Shown here: positions 44,730 through 53,640 of the stretch, in pieces
How positions within the stretch are numbered: the stretch's first letter is position 1
Layout: each line of letters starts with the position of its first letter
Origin: Acidimicrobiia bacterium
GTDB taxonomy: Bacteria > Actinomycetota > Acidimicrobiia > Spongiisociales > UBA5794
Assembly (NCBI GenBank): GCA_030066715.1
Contig: JASJBC010000004.1
Coordinates: 1-58,045 of the forward strand
Direction: 5' to 3'
Length of the DNA stretch: 58,045 nucleotides
The notes under the pieces: generated by a model
The model's database searches: none
Told to the model about the DNA's origin: nothing
What the model saw: the letters and a program-made list of their open reading frames with translations, nothing else
Translations under genes and position numbers: made by a program

Positions 44730-45253
44730 GCGAGCGCAGCGTGACGGTACGGGCGGCCACGCCTGCAGACGCCGCAAGCCTGGCCGCCGTGCAGCTGAGC
44801 AGCGCGCTGGCCGGGTTTGCGCACATCTTTCCTGCGGCGATCCCCAAACCCAACCAGCAGGATCTCGAGGACGAGTGGTCGGCGCTCCTCTGCGACGAGG
44901 CGACGGATGTATTCGTCGCAGTCAAGGGCACAAAGCCGGTTGGTGTTGTCGTGTATGGCCCTGACCCGGAGCCCGGGTTTGGCACCGACGGTTACTTGCG
45001 CAAGCTGTACGTACTCCCCGAGGCATCCGGCCGCGGCATCGGCTCGACTCTCCACGATCACGCTGTCGCCGATCTGGCCGGCCGCGGGTTCACCCGGATA
45101 CGGCTGTGGGTGTTGGAGAGAAACCTCGTTGCTCGTCGTATGTACGAGCGGCGGGGATGGGAGTTGCAGCCGTGGTTCCGCTCCGATTGGCCGGGCAGCG
45201 GAATTCTGGAACTGGGTTATGCCCTCGAGATCGACTACTCGTCGGCTATGTAG
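44726..45253 (+). CDS. GNAT-family N-acetyltransferase
   Basis: YVLPEASGRGIGSTLHDHAV (Q/RxxGxG/A acetyl-CoA loop) and ARRMYERRGW. The start is GTG 44726 or 44741. The ORF-track start at 44276 is antisense to lprG. Confidence 0.75.
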   Translation: MSERSVTVRAATPADAASLAAVQLSSALAGFAHIFPAAIPKPNQQDLEDEWSALLCDEATDVFVAVKGTKPVGVVVYGPDPEPGFGTDGYLRKLYVLPEASGRGIGSTLHDHAVADLAGRGFTRIRLWVLERNLVARRMYERRGWELQPWFRSDWPGSGILELGYALEIDYSSAM

Positions 45254-45471
45254 CGGTCGATGTGCTCGTGGATCCACTCCATGAGCTCGAGCTCGAGGTT
45301 GCGCATGACCCGGGCAACCGCCAGGTCGTGGGCGACCCGATGATCACGATGATTCTCAGGAGCATGGGCGTTGCACCGATAGACATTCCCCGACAGCGTC
45401 ATGGATCCGGTTGCGTCGACTCCAGAATTGGTCTCTTCCAGCTCGATGGAGATCGGGATGACCTCGCGCAT
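45235..45471 (-). CDS. DUF1876-like small protein
   Basis: 78 aa. ...GNVYRCNAHAPENHRDHRVAHDLAVARVMRNLELELMEW resembles the DUF1876 (dsRBD-like) pattern. Confidence 0.45.
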   Translation of the reverse strand: MREVIPISIELEETNSGVDATGSMTLSGNVYRCNAHAPENHRDHRVAHDLAVARVMRNLELELMEWIHEHIDRYIADE

Positions 45472-45573
45472 GGCGGTTCTCCTCTGGTAGCGAGCTACAC
45501 ACGCGATGATCCGTCATCGGCGAGACCGGTCATAGTGCCGAACGTCACGATCGTTCCCGGCTCCCGCCGCAGA

Positions 45574-45777
45574 TCAGCGGATATCGGGTCCCATTTGGTC
45601 GCTCTCCTGGTCGCTGCCGATGCCCGAGAGCACGCCGATGCCTAGCGCCAGGAGCAGGACCGGCCACAGCAACGACGGGCTCAGCGTGTACAAGTCGAGC
45701 GCCTCGAGCAGGAACATGACCCCAAGGGCAACGAACAGCAGACCGCTGATGATGCCGCGGCGGCGCCGAGCGCTCAT
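45574..45777 (-). CDS. small membrane protein (LiaI-LiaF-like TM / DUF5668-like)
   Basis: MSARRRRGIISGLLFVALGVMFLLEAL...LLWPVLLLALGIGVL. ATGA overlap with the upstream LiaF-like gene. Confidence 0.55.
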   Translation of the reverse strand: MSARRRRGIISGLLFVALGVMFLLEALDLYTLSPSLLWPVLLLALGIGVLSGIGSDQESDQMGPDIR

Positions 45778-46421
45778 CGGGTCACCTCGATCTGCCCGAA
45801 GCCAACTCGCGCCTCGATTGTCAACCGTCTGGGGGCCGTGGCGAACCCGGCTTCGGTCTTGGTCTGGTCGATGCTGATCCCGTCCCATCGCGACCCGAGA
45901 ACAGAGAGCTCACCGGCCGTGATTCTCGAGTCGATCGAGACTGCAACGTCGTCCGGGATGCCGTGAATGTAGATGCGCCCAAAGGTGACGCTCACCTCGA
46001 CCCGGGTCTCCCCCGGCGGGAAATCGACGTCGCTGAGATCGATGTCGAGCTGGCCGGCGACCAGCCGGTACTCGGTTTCGAGGGTGGCGATCGTCGGGTC
46101 CACCTGACGGTCGCCGATCCCGCCCGACAAGGGGAGAGAGAATGCGGCGTTGGCGGTGCTCAGCAGCGCAAGGACGATCGAGAGGACGACGCCCGCCGTG
46201 AACAAGCCCTCCGGGGCGGGTCCCCTCGCCGTAGCGACGAGGAGTGCGACGCCGACGACGATGAGAACGGCGGCCAGCGCTGCCCGCCACGGGATGTTGG
46301 CGACGCCGAGGGTCGCCAGCAGCCAACCGGCGCCGATCACGATGAGGATGGCCCCCCAAACCAGAGGCCCTACTGCGATCTCACGCTTGGGCTCTTCGGG
46401 GGAGAGGAGGTCGCCGTTCAT
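45774..46421 (-). CDS. LiaF-like cell-wall-active-antibiotic response protein (DUF2154-type C-terminus)
   Basis: N-terminal TM segments. C-terminal beta-rich LVAGQLDIDLSDVDFPPGETRVEVSVTFGRIYIHGIPDDVAVSIDSRITAGELSVLG. ATGA overlap with pspC-like. Confidence 0.65.
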   Translation of the reverse strand: MNGDLLSPEEPKREIAVGPLVWGAILIVIGAGWLLATLGVANIPWRAALAAVLIVVGVALLVATARGPAPEGLFTAGVVLSIVLALLSTANAAFSLPLSGGIGDRQVDPTIATLETEYRLVAGQLDIDLSDVDFPPGETRVEVSVTFGRIYIHGIPDDVAVSIDSRITAGELSVLGSRWDGISIDQTKTEAGFATAPRRLTIEARVGFGQIEVTR

Positions 46422-46831
46422 TTTCGCAGCGAGTAGACAATCACACCGGTGCCGACGGCGATGAGGATGGCGGGGAGGATGAGGTCCTCCATCCAAGGCA
46501 GGTAGCGGTTGGCGAGAAGCGAGCCCCCGATCAACACGAGCAGTCCGCCGACGATCAGCCGGCCGTTGTCACCGGCTCGTGTCGCTCGCACCGGCAGCGG
46601 CGCCGCGTCCGAGGACTCCGGGATGGCGATCCAGGCAATGATGTAGAGAAAGAAGCCCGGGCCGAGAATCAGCAGCGCCAGCCATGCGATACGTAACCAC
46701 GCTGTGTCGACGTTGAGGTAGGCGGCCATCCCACCGGCTACTCCACCGACCATGCGGTCGGTCTTGCTACGGGTGAGACGGGAGCGTCGGGTTGGTTCCT
46801 GTGTCAGCTTCGACCCCCTAGCGAACCGCAA
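46418..46831 (-). CDS. PspC-domain membrane protein
   Basis: LTRSKTDRMVGGVAGGMAAYLNVDTAWLRIAWLALLILG is the PspC signature. Confidence 0.8.
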   Translation of the reverse strand: MRFARGSKLTQEPTRRSRLTRSKTDRMVGGVAGGMAAYLNVDTAWLRIAWLALLILGPGFFLYIIAWIAIPESSDAAPLPVRATRAGDNGRLIVGGLLVLIGGSLLANRYLPWMEDLILPAILIAVGTGVIVYSLRK

Positions 46832-47036
46832 ACGCGAGTTTTACGTTGGCGCGGTACTGGACCACTTTGCCGTCGTCGACACGAGCGCTGAGGTTCTGCA
46901 CTTCGACGCCGGTGATCCCGTTGATGCTCTCTGCGGCCTTGGCCACCGCATTGTCGACCGCCGCTTCGAAGCCGTCTGTCGAGATCCCGATGACCTCGAT
47001 GACCTTCACGGCACCCGACTCGATGAAATCGCCCAT
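46818..47036 (-). CDS. dodecin-family flavin-binding protein
   Basis: 72 aa. VKVIEVIGISTDGFEAAVDNAVAKAAESINGITGVEVQNLSARVDDGKVVQYRANVKLAF matches the dodecin fold pattern. Confidence 0.75.
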   Translation of the reverse strand: MGDFIESGAVKVIEVIGISTDGFEAAVDNAVAKAAESINGITGVEVQNLSARVDDGKVVQYRANVKLAFAVR

Positions 47037-47108
47037 GATGTGATCCTCTCCTAGCTACCGGGTGATGGTAATCCGCCATCCCTTCGCTCCACCGAGCCGC
47101 AAAGCCGG

Positions 47109-47549
47109 ATGCGCCCGGACCCGAATTACCCTGGGGTCATGGCAACCGGGATCGACTTTGCGGCCCGCCGTGGCGGATTGCCCCGATGGGTCGGGGGGAT
47201 CTTGGGTTGCACCTACCCGTTGGTGCTCACCGCCGGGGCGATCAGCGTGGGTTTCGACCGGGTAGGTGACATGGCGGACCTTGCGGCTTCGATTCTCGCC
47301 GTGGGGTTGTTCCTCATCGCAGCCCCTACCGCATGGCTGTTCACGGTCGAGTTCATCGAGGCGGGCAGATTGCTGATTGTGACGTCGGCTCTGCTCACAT
47401 CCCTGCCGCTGTGGTACCTCGTCGGCTCGCGCCTCGCCTACCTTGCACCCAGCTGGGTGCTTTGGCTGCGCCGCTACGTCGTGGTCTGCCTGGTGTGGAG
47501 CGTTCTCAACGTGCTTCTCTTCATATTGTTGGGCTCGATCGCCGGGTAG
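47109..47549 (+). CDS. integral membrane protein, unknown function
   Basis: Four hydrophobic spans. No recognisable motif. Possible later start at 47139. Confidence 0.5.
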   Translation: MRPDPNYPGVMATGIDFAARRGGLPRWVGGILGCTYPLVLTAGAISVGFDRVGDMADLAASILAVGLFLIAAPTAWLFTVEFIEAGRLLIVTSALLTSLPLWYLVGSRLAYLAPSWVLWLRRYVVVCLVWSVLNVLLFILLGSIAG

Positions 47550-47554
47550 ATCGG

Positions 47555-48004
47555 CTAGACGCCGAGACGATCGACCATCGCCCAGATCGTGAAGAGCAGA
47601 AACCCCATTTCGGCTGCACCGATGGTGAGCAGGCGGCTCAGCTTCTGCCCGGCTTGTGCCGCATCGCCGGCCTCATGGAGTTCGGCGACCTCAGTACCAC
47701 CGGGCCCGTAGACGCGGATGCCGAGGAACGCACCGAGCACCACTGCGATCACGCCAATGACCACGAACGCTTGCTCGAAGTCGTAGATGCTCTCTCTGAT
47801 GACCATCCAGACTCCGGTGATGAGGACGATCACCGCCGCAGGGCTGAACAGCACTCGGCCGAGGCGAACGGTCTGCCGCATCCACGTCGCGGCGGTCGCA
47901 CCGCCGGCGCGGTGCATTGCCGGATTGACGACGAGCTGAGTCACTCCGGCCCCTACCCAGGTAGCCACAGCGGCGATATGGACGAACAGAAGTATCTTCC
48001 CCAC
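47555..48004 (-). CDS. integral membrane protein (DUF2269/CopD-like topology)
   Basis: Four TM segments. MGKILLFVHIAAVATWVGAG N-terminus. Confidence 0.5.
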   Translation of the reverse strand: MGKILLFVHIAAVATWVGAGVTQLVVNPAMHRAGGATAATWMRQTVRLGRVLFSPAAVIVLITGVWMVIRESIYDFEQAFVVIGVIAVVLGAFLGIRVYGPGGTEVAELHEAGDAAQAGQKLSRLLTIGAAEMGFLLFTIWAMVDRLGV

Positions 48005-48088
48005 GGTCTCTCCTCACTCCGTATTGCTCGCCAGCCTACGTTACGGGCTGATCGGATGGAGGAAATCCTGCAATACGGAGAAACCCTC

Positions 48089-48119
48089 TTGACTCTCCAG
48101 TAGCTGGAGACTCCATACT
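48089..48119 (+). promoter_or_regulatory. MerR-type promoter: -35 and -10 separated by 19 bp containing a dyad
   Basis: TTGACT (48089-48094), 19 nt spacer ctccagtagctggagactc containing the dyad CTCCAG-tag-CTGGAG, then CATACT (48114-48119). Lies 40 nt upstream of the MerR gene start. Confidence 0.6.
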
Positions 48120-48158
48120 TGACGACGAAGGCCTTCACAGTACGTAATCCAAGCGGAG

Positions 48159-48980
48159 GTGGGCGTGTACCGGATAGGTGAGTTCTCCAAGATATGCAGA
48201 GTGCCAGTTTCGGCGCTTCGCTACTACAGCGATATCGGATTGCTACCTCCGGTCGCCACCGATCCGAGCAGCGGCTACCGCTACTACGAGGCGGGCCAGC
48301 TTCCTCGGTTGAACCGGATCCTTGCCCTCAAGGACCTCGGGCTGTCACTCGACGAGATCGGCTCCATCCTGGACAACGATCTCTCGGCTGCCGAGCTGCG
48401 CGGAATGCTCCGGCTCAAGCAGGCCGAGATGAGCCGGGCTGTTGCCGAGCAGCAGGCCCAGCTCGACCGAGTCGAGAGCCGCCTCCGCCTGATCGAAAGT
48501 GAAGGAGAAATGTCGGACTACGAGATTGTGCTGAAGGAGATCGACGCCCAGCACGTGTTGTCATTGCGCGAGATTGCCCCCGAACCGTCGCACGTGGGCA
48601 CGATGATTGGAGACGGGTTTGCGGCTCTGATGCCGGCGGGGATCATGCCCACGGCACCGTGCTTCTCTCTCTACCACGACCCCGAGTTCAAGCCAGACCA
48701 CATCGACGTCGAGATTGCCTACCCGGTCCCGGCAGATGTCACCACGGCTCCGCAGACGCCGGCCGGTCGCAGCTTCGGCCATCGCATCGTCCCCGGGGGG
48801 AAGATGGCGGTGACGATCCACCAGGCCGGGTACGACACCATCGACCAGGCCTACGGAGCGTTGGGGAAGTGGCTGGAAGCGAACGGCCTGGGCATGGCCG
48901 GACCACCCCAGGAGGCCTATCTGACGGCTCCCGACGATCCGGGTGGTCCGATCACCGAGATCCGGATACCGGTCGAATAA
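48159..48980 (+). CDS. MerR-family regulator with GyrI-like effector-binding domain (BmrR/TipA-class architecture)
   Basis: YRIGEFSKICRVPVSALRYYSDIGLLPP...GYRYYEAGQL is a MerR HTH, followed by a coiled coil and then a GyrI-like C-terminus. Confidence 0.85.
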   Translation: MGVYRIGEFSKICRVPVSALRYYSDIGLLPPVATDPSSGYRYYEAGQLPRLNRILALKDLGLSLDEIGSILDNDLSAAELRGMLRLKQAEMSRAVAEQQAQLDRVESRLRLIESEGEMSDYEIVLKEIDAQHVLSLREIAPEPSHVGTMIGDGFAALMPAGIMPTAPCFSLYHDPEFKPDHIDVEIAYPVPADVTTAPQTPAGRSFGHRIVPGGKMAVTIHQAGYDTIDQAYGALGKWLEANGLGMAGPPQEAYLTAPDDPGGPITEIRIPVE

Positions 48981-49591
48981 TGGCGACAATCGATCTCAAG
49001 AAGGTCTACAAGGACCAGTATGCGGCCAGGGCCGGACAGCCGGCCCTGGTCACCGTGCCCGCCCGTCCGTTCCTCATGATCGACGGGGAGGGCAATCCAA
49101 ACGTCAGCGCGGAGTACGCCGATGCAGTAGCCGCGCTGTACCCCCTTGCCTACGGGATCAGGGCCGCCATCAAGAAGGAGACGGGCGACGGCTACACGGT
49201 CCTTCCCCTCGAAGGGCTGTGGTGGTCGGACGACATGGATGCGTTTGCGGACAACCGCCACGACGACTGGAAGTGGACCATGATGATCGGCCTGCCCGAG
49301 GTGGCCGATGCGGCGATGGCGGCCGAGGTGCTGCCCGAGGTGACGAGGAAGAAGGGCCTATCGGCCGGGGATCGAGTCCGATTCGAGGTGTACGACGAAG
49401 GGCTTGCGGCGCAGATCATGCACATCGGACCCTACGCGGCCGAGGCACTGACGATTGCAGCGCTCCACGAGTTCATCTCCGCACAGGGAATGGAGCGGCG
49501 CGGCCTCCATCACGAGATCTACCTGGGCGATCCCCGCAAAGCCGACCCGGCAAAGCTGAAGACCATCATCAGACAGCCCGTCGGCACCTGA
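48980..49591 (+). CDS. GyrI-like small-molecule-binding domain protein
   Basis: TAATG overlap with the MerR stop. KDQYAARAGQPALVTVPARPFLMIDGEG...HIGPY...HEIYLGDPRKADPAKLKTIIRQPV. Confidence 0.7.
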   Translation: MATIDLKKVYKDQYAARAGQPALVTVPARPFLMIDGEGNPNVSAEYADAVAALYPLAYGIRAAIKKETGDGYTVLPLEGLWWSDDMDAFADNRHDDWKWTMMIGLPEVADAAMAAEVLPEVTRKKGLSAGDRVRFEVYDEGLAAQIMHIGPYAAEALTIAALHEFISAQGMERRGLHHEIYLGDPRKADPAKLKTIIRQPVGT

Positions 49592-49598
49592 GAACGCA

Positions 49599-50597
49599 CT
49601 AGAAGAGGCGGGGTCGGTACAGCTCGTCGTGGACGTTGATGGCGAAGCGGTCGGTCATGCCGGCGACATAGTCGATCACCTGGGTCAGCGTGTCTGCCTC
49701 GGTGTGCCGGTAGGTGTCTGGTATCTCGGCGGCGTGCTCTACGAAGTAGTTGACGAGATCCCGCACGATGCCCATCACCGTGCGTCGCTGTCCCTCGGTG
49801 CCGGCCCGTAGATAGACGTTCTGGAACATGAAATCGCGGAGCTCGTTCATCACCTCCAGCGATTCCGAGTCCATCACGACGGCCTCACGAGCGAGGGACT
49901 CGTCCACCACGGCGCGGATCATCGACGCAACCCACTCCCCACCGGGTTCGCCGAAGCGTGCCAGTGCCGCCGCCGGCAGGTCGCTGCGTCTGATGACCCC
50001 GGCACGCAGGGCGTCGTCGACGTCATGGGTCAGGTAGGCGATCCGGTCGGCGAACCGGCAGATCCAACCTTCCGGGGTGGCAGGCGGTTCGGCGATCTTC
50101 CAGGAATGAGCGCGCACCCCGTCGAGAACCTCCCAGGTCAGGTTGGCGGGTTCGAGCACCTCGAAGATGCGAACCCCCTGCGCCGAGTGCAGCCATTCAC
50201 CCTCGACGAACTCGCTCAGCGCGTCTTCGCCTGTGTGGCCGAATGGCGAGTGTCCGACGTCATGCGCCAAACAGATCGCCTCGGCCAGGTCTTCGTTGAG
50301 CGATAGGGCACGGGCGATCGATCGCCCGATCTGGGTCACCTGAAGGGCATGGGTGAGGCGGGTCACGTAGTGATCCCCCTCCGGATTGATGAAGACCTGT
50401 GTCTTGTGCTTCAGCCGGCGGAACGCCTTGGAGTGGACGATGCGATCGCGATCGCGCTGAAACGCAGTCCGGTATGCATCATCCAGTTCGGGCAGGCGAC
50501 GTCCCCGTGTGGCCATGGACCGGGTGGCCGCAGGAGCGAGCGTCTCGTCTTCGAGACGCTCGCTGTCCTGGCGAGTCCTCCTCCTGAACCCAGTCAT
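49599..50597 (-). CDS. dGTP triphosphohydrolase-like HD-domain protein
   Basis: DRDRIVHSKAFRRLKHKTQVF, TRLTHALQVTQIGRSIA and LAHDVGHSPFGHTGE. Confidence 0.85.
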   Translation of the reverse strand: MTGFRRRTRQDSERLEDETLAPAATRSMATRGRRLPELDDAYRTAFQRDRDRIVHSKAFRRLKHKTQVFINPEGDHYVTRLTHALQVTQIGRSIARALSLNEDLAEAICLAHDVGHSPFGHTGEDALSEFVEGEWLHSAQGVRIFEVLEPANLTWEVLDGVRAHSWKIAEPPATPEGWICRFADRIAYLTHDVDDALRAGVIRRSDLPAAALARFGEPGGEWVASMIRAVVDESLAREAVVMDSESLEVMNELRDFMFQNVYLRAGTEGQRRTVMGIVRDLVNYFVEHAAEIPDTYRHTEADTLTQVIDYVAGMTDRFAINVHDELYRPRLF

Positions 50598-50604
50598 CTA
50601 GCCG

Positions 50605-52854
50605 CTACACCAGCCGTTCGCGCAGCCTGGCGCTGATCCAGTCCATCGTGGCGACCACGATGGCGATGGCCAGCATCTGGGCGGCCGCATCCTTGTACTG
50701 GAGAAGGTTGATGTTCTGCTGCAGCAGGAACCCGATACCACCACCACCGGCGAAGCCGATGATCGTCGACATACGCACGTTGATGTCCCAGCGGTACATG
50801 GTGAACGAGAGGTACGGCGGCACGATCTGGGGCACGACGCCGTAGATGATGGTCTGCATCCTCGTCGCCCCCGTCGCTCGGATGGCCTCGATGGGTCCGC
50901 TCATTACGCTCTCCACCTGCTCCGAGTAGAGCTTGGCGAGCGCAGCCGCAGTGTGCAGCGACAGGGCGAGCGAGCCGGCGAACGGCCCAAACCCGACCCA
51001 GACGACGAACACGATGACCATGACCAGCGGTTCGATCGAACGCAGCGTGTTGAACAGCGTCCGCGACATGTAGTAGACGATCATGCCAACGCCGACACCT
51101 TGTGACTTCTTCACCCGGGCCGCCAGGTAGAGACCAATGAGCGCACCCACGATGCCGGGGATCCAGCGGCTGGTCCACAGGTTGTCGAACTGGTAGAACC
51201 AGTCGATGATCGCCCCGATCATCATGGCGATGATGGCGCCGGCCGCGGCTGCCAGTGGCAGATTGACCGCCCGGATGGCAGCCCCGTCGAGACGGTCGTT
51301 GAGCGCAAACCCCAGCTTGGAGCCGAAGTTCATCATCATCCCGATCGCACCCACGATGGCAAACACGGGCAGCAACAGACGGGTGACTTCGCCGATGATG
51401 GCAATGAAGTTGCCGATGAAGCCCCAGCCGACCGAGGTACCGATGCTGGTGAGCAACGCGGCGAGGACGAAACCCCAGATCGCCACCACGAAGCCGGCGG
51501 CGATGAACACCGTCGTAGTGATCGCCCGCTCCCTGCTGGTGGGCGCTTCCGTGTCCTCCTCCTTGAGGATGGCGCGCAGCGTGTACACCAGGCCTATTGG
51601 TATCAGAATCACCAAGACCAGACGCACCCAGTCGTTATCGATGTTGCTCGTCCACGACCTTGCCCACCGGCTCAGGTAGAGGCCGATGAGACCGCCGATC
51701 GGAATCGCCAGCAGATTCAGGGCGAGGTTGGTGACCGTGGTGCGGATGTCGCGCATCAGGTTGCGAGCGGCCAGGAAGGACAGCGGAAGCGCTATCAAGG
51801 TACCCAGCGTCGTCGCCAGGAATGCCATGAACACCGTCTCCACGATCTTGTCCCAGGTCTCGAGTGCGTTCTCGGAGAGGCGCGGTGAGTGGGCGAAACG
51901 ATCGGCGACGGCATGGGTTCCCGAGCGGTTGCCCGTCTCCGGGTCGTAGAGCAGGATCTGCAGGCCGTTCAGGTCTTGGCCCCCGGGTCCCGTCAGCGTG
52001 ATCGTTCCCGTACCCTGGTCGGCCTCGACGATGAGGAAATCGGTCTCGGCGACAACACCTGCCGACATCCGCAAGCCCTCCGCAGGGCCGCTGGCCGCAG
52101 CGAAGTCCTCACCCAGCGCAAACATCTGCTTGGGCTCGTCGTCCTCGATGAGCGCCAGCCCGGCGCCGGGAATGGTCAGCAGGTCGGGGACCTGCATCAC
52201 CAAGACGCCGGAATCGGGCATGGTCTGGTCGTCCTCGATTCCGTTCTCGTTGAGGTCGGTCCACACGACCTCACGATTGAGCCACGTGCCGACCTGGACA
52301 CGGGTGGTTGCCTCGATCTGCTGGAGGTTCTCGGATGTCCGATTGGGGATCTCGACGTCGACGGTGAAGTTGCCGTCGCTGTCCGGGGTGAAACCCTCGA
52401 GCGGTCTGGTGATGTCGAACTCCGAGTCGGGCCGGAACGACACTTGGCCTGCCGAGTCGGTAGCAAAGCCGACCCCCGTCACCGTGACAATGTCCCCGGG
52501 ATCTGCACAGGACGGCTCGACAACGAGGTAGATGTCACCGCTGGTGTCCGAATCGGGTGCTGTGGCCCCTTCAGGGCACGGCACCAGGACATCTGCCGAG
52601 ATGGTCACCTCTTCGCTGTCGTGGGTGACCAGGTTGGGCTGGGCCAGGTTGCGCATGATGCGCACGAGGCTGGCGCGCCGCGTCTCGCTCTGAACCTCGG
52701 CGAGATCGACGTCGGTCTCTTGGACGGCGTAGCCGTAGAGCAGGAATGCGCCCATCAGACCGAGGATGATCCACATTCGCCTGCGGGACTTCTTCGCGTT
52801 TTCAGCCAATTCGCTCAGCCTCTCGTCCGTAGATGTCTTTGAACCGCTCGTCAT
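50605..52854 (-). CDS. phnE: phosphonate ABC transporter permease PhnE, greatly expanded (about 750 aa)
   Basis: The C-terminal third has PhnE/EAA blocks (LRSIEPLV...GPIEAIRATGATRMQTIIYGVVPQIVP...). An extracytoplasmic segment of about 290 aa follows TM1. Extra TM segments sit between the LSFLAARNL block and the EAA loop. The start is uncertain (52905, 52854, 52809 or 52776). Confidence 0.8.
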   Translation of the reverse strand: MTSGSKTSTDERLSELAENAKKSRRRMWIILGLMGAFLLYGYAVQETDVDLAEVQSETRRASLVRIMRNLAQPNLVTHDSEEVTISADVLVPCPEGATAPDSDTSGDIYLVVEPSCADPGDIVTVTGVGFATDSAGQVSFRPDSEFDITRPLEGFTPDSDGNFTVDVEIPNRTSENLQQIEATTRVQVGTWLNREVVWTDLNENGIEDDQTMPDSGVLVMQVPDLLTIPGAGLALIEDDEPKQMFALGEDFAAASGPAEGLRMSAGVVAETDFLIVEADQGTGTITLTGPGGQDLNGLQILLYDPETGNRSGTHAVADRFAHSPRLSENALETWDKIVETVFMAFLATTLGTLIALPLSFLAARNLMRDIRTTVTNLALNLLAIPIGGLIGLYLSRWARSWTSNIDNDWVRLVLVILIPIGLVYTLRAILKEEDTEAPTSRERAITTTVFIAAGFVVAIWGFVLAALLTSIGTSVGWGFIGNFIAIIGEVTRLLLPVFAIVGAIGMMMNFGSKLGFALNDRLDGAAIRAVNLPLAAAAGAIIAMMIGAIIDWFYQFDNLWTSRWIPGIVGALIGLYLAARVKKSQGVGVGMIVYYMSRTLFNTLRSIEPLVMVIVFVVWVGFGPFAGSLALSLHTAAALAKLYSEQVESVMSGPIEAIRATGATRMQTIIYGVVPQIVPPYLSFTMYRWDINVRMSTIIGFAGGGGIGFLLQQNINLLQYKDAAAQMLAIAIVVATMDWISARLRERLV

Positions 52855-53554
52855 CGAGTTGGGCGGCGGTTCCCTGGAAAACGAGGCGCCCTTCGTTGAG
52901 CGCAATAACCCGTTGCGAGTAACGCTCGACGAGGTCGAGGAAGTGGAGACTGCACAACACTGTGACCCCTTCCTCGCGGTTGATCTGCTCGAGGTACTGC
53001 ATGATCGAGTGGGCCAGCACCGGGTCGAGGCTGGCCACAGGCTCGTCGGCGAGGAGCATCTCCGGCTCCTGGATCATGGCCCTGGCGATGCCGACCCGCT
53101 GCTGTTGGCCGCCGCTCAAAGCGTCGGCGCGATGGTCGTCCCTGTCGGTGAGGCCGACCCGCTCCAACTGTGCCTGCGCCCGGTCGTGATCAGCCTTGGA
53201 GAAGCGGTTGATCAGTGAGTAGGCCGGGTTGGTATAGCCGAGGCGTCCGGAGAGGACGTTCGTGGTCACCTTGGAGCGATTGACCAGGTTGAAGTGCTGG
53301 AACACCATGCCGATCCTGCGCCGGATCCGGCGTAGGTCCTCCTGCGAGGCCTGGGTGATATCAACACCGTTCCACAGGATTCGGCCCTCGGTGGGCTCGA
53401 TCAAGCGATTGATGCAACGCAGCAGCGTCGACTTTCCGGATCCGCTCAGACCGATGACGGCCAGAAACTCTCCGTCTTCGACCTCGAAGGACACATCATC
53501 TAGAGCGAGTGTGCCCCCTTCGTAGACCTTGGTCAGGTGTTCAACCTTGAGCAC
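52802..53554 (-). CDS. phnC: phosphonate ABC transporter ATP-binding protein PhnC
   Basis: GLSGSGKSTLLRCINRL, LSGGQQQRVGIARAM and LLADEPVASLD. GTG start 8 nt after GAGGAAGG. Confidence 0.9.
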   Translation of the reverse strand: MLKVEHLTKVYEGGTLALDDVSFEVEDGEFLAVIGLSGSGKSTLLRCINRLIEPTEGRILWNGVDITQASQEDLRRIRRRIGMVFQHFNLVNRSKVTTNVLSGRLGYTNPAYSLINRFSKADHDRAQAQLERVGLTDRDDHRADALSGGQQQRVGIARAMIQEPEMLLADEPVASLDPVLAHSIMQYLEQINREEGVTVLCSLHFLDLVERYSQRVIALNEGRLVFQGTAAQLDDERFKDIYGREAERIG

Positions 53555-53608
53555 AGAAGACCTTCCTCACGCGTTCGCTTCATTCAAGCGATTGCGCCTC
53601 GAAAATGC

Positions 53609-53640
53609 GATACGGGCGGGCTATGCAGCCCGCCCGTATC
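53609..53640 (-). terminator. strong intrinsic-terminator-like hairpin between phnD and phnC
   Basis: 14-bp stem gatacgggcgggct / agcccgcccgtatc with a 4-nt loop. On the minus strand it is followed by gcATTTTc. Lies 50 nt after the phnD stop. Confidence 0.6.

Noticed and set aside
49599-50597. dGTPase-like gene (and the NT5C deoxyribonucleotidase at 56130-56717) as a nucleotide-depletion anti-phage defence system
   Set aside because: It is a single conserved housekeeping-type HD-domain gene between ordinary transporter and regulator genes. There are no neighbouring defence genes, no mobile-element hallmarks and no compositional anomaly.
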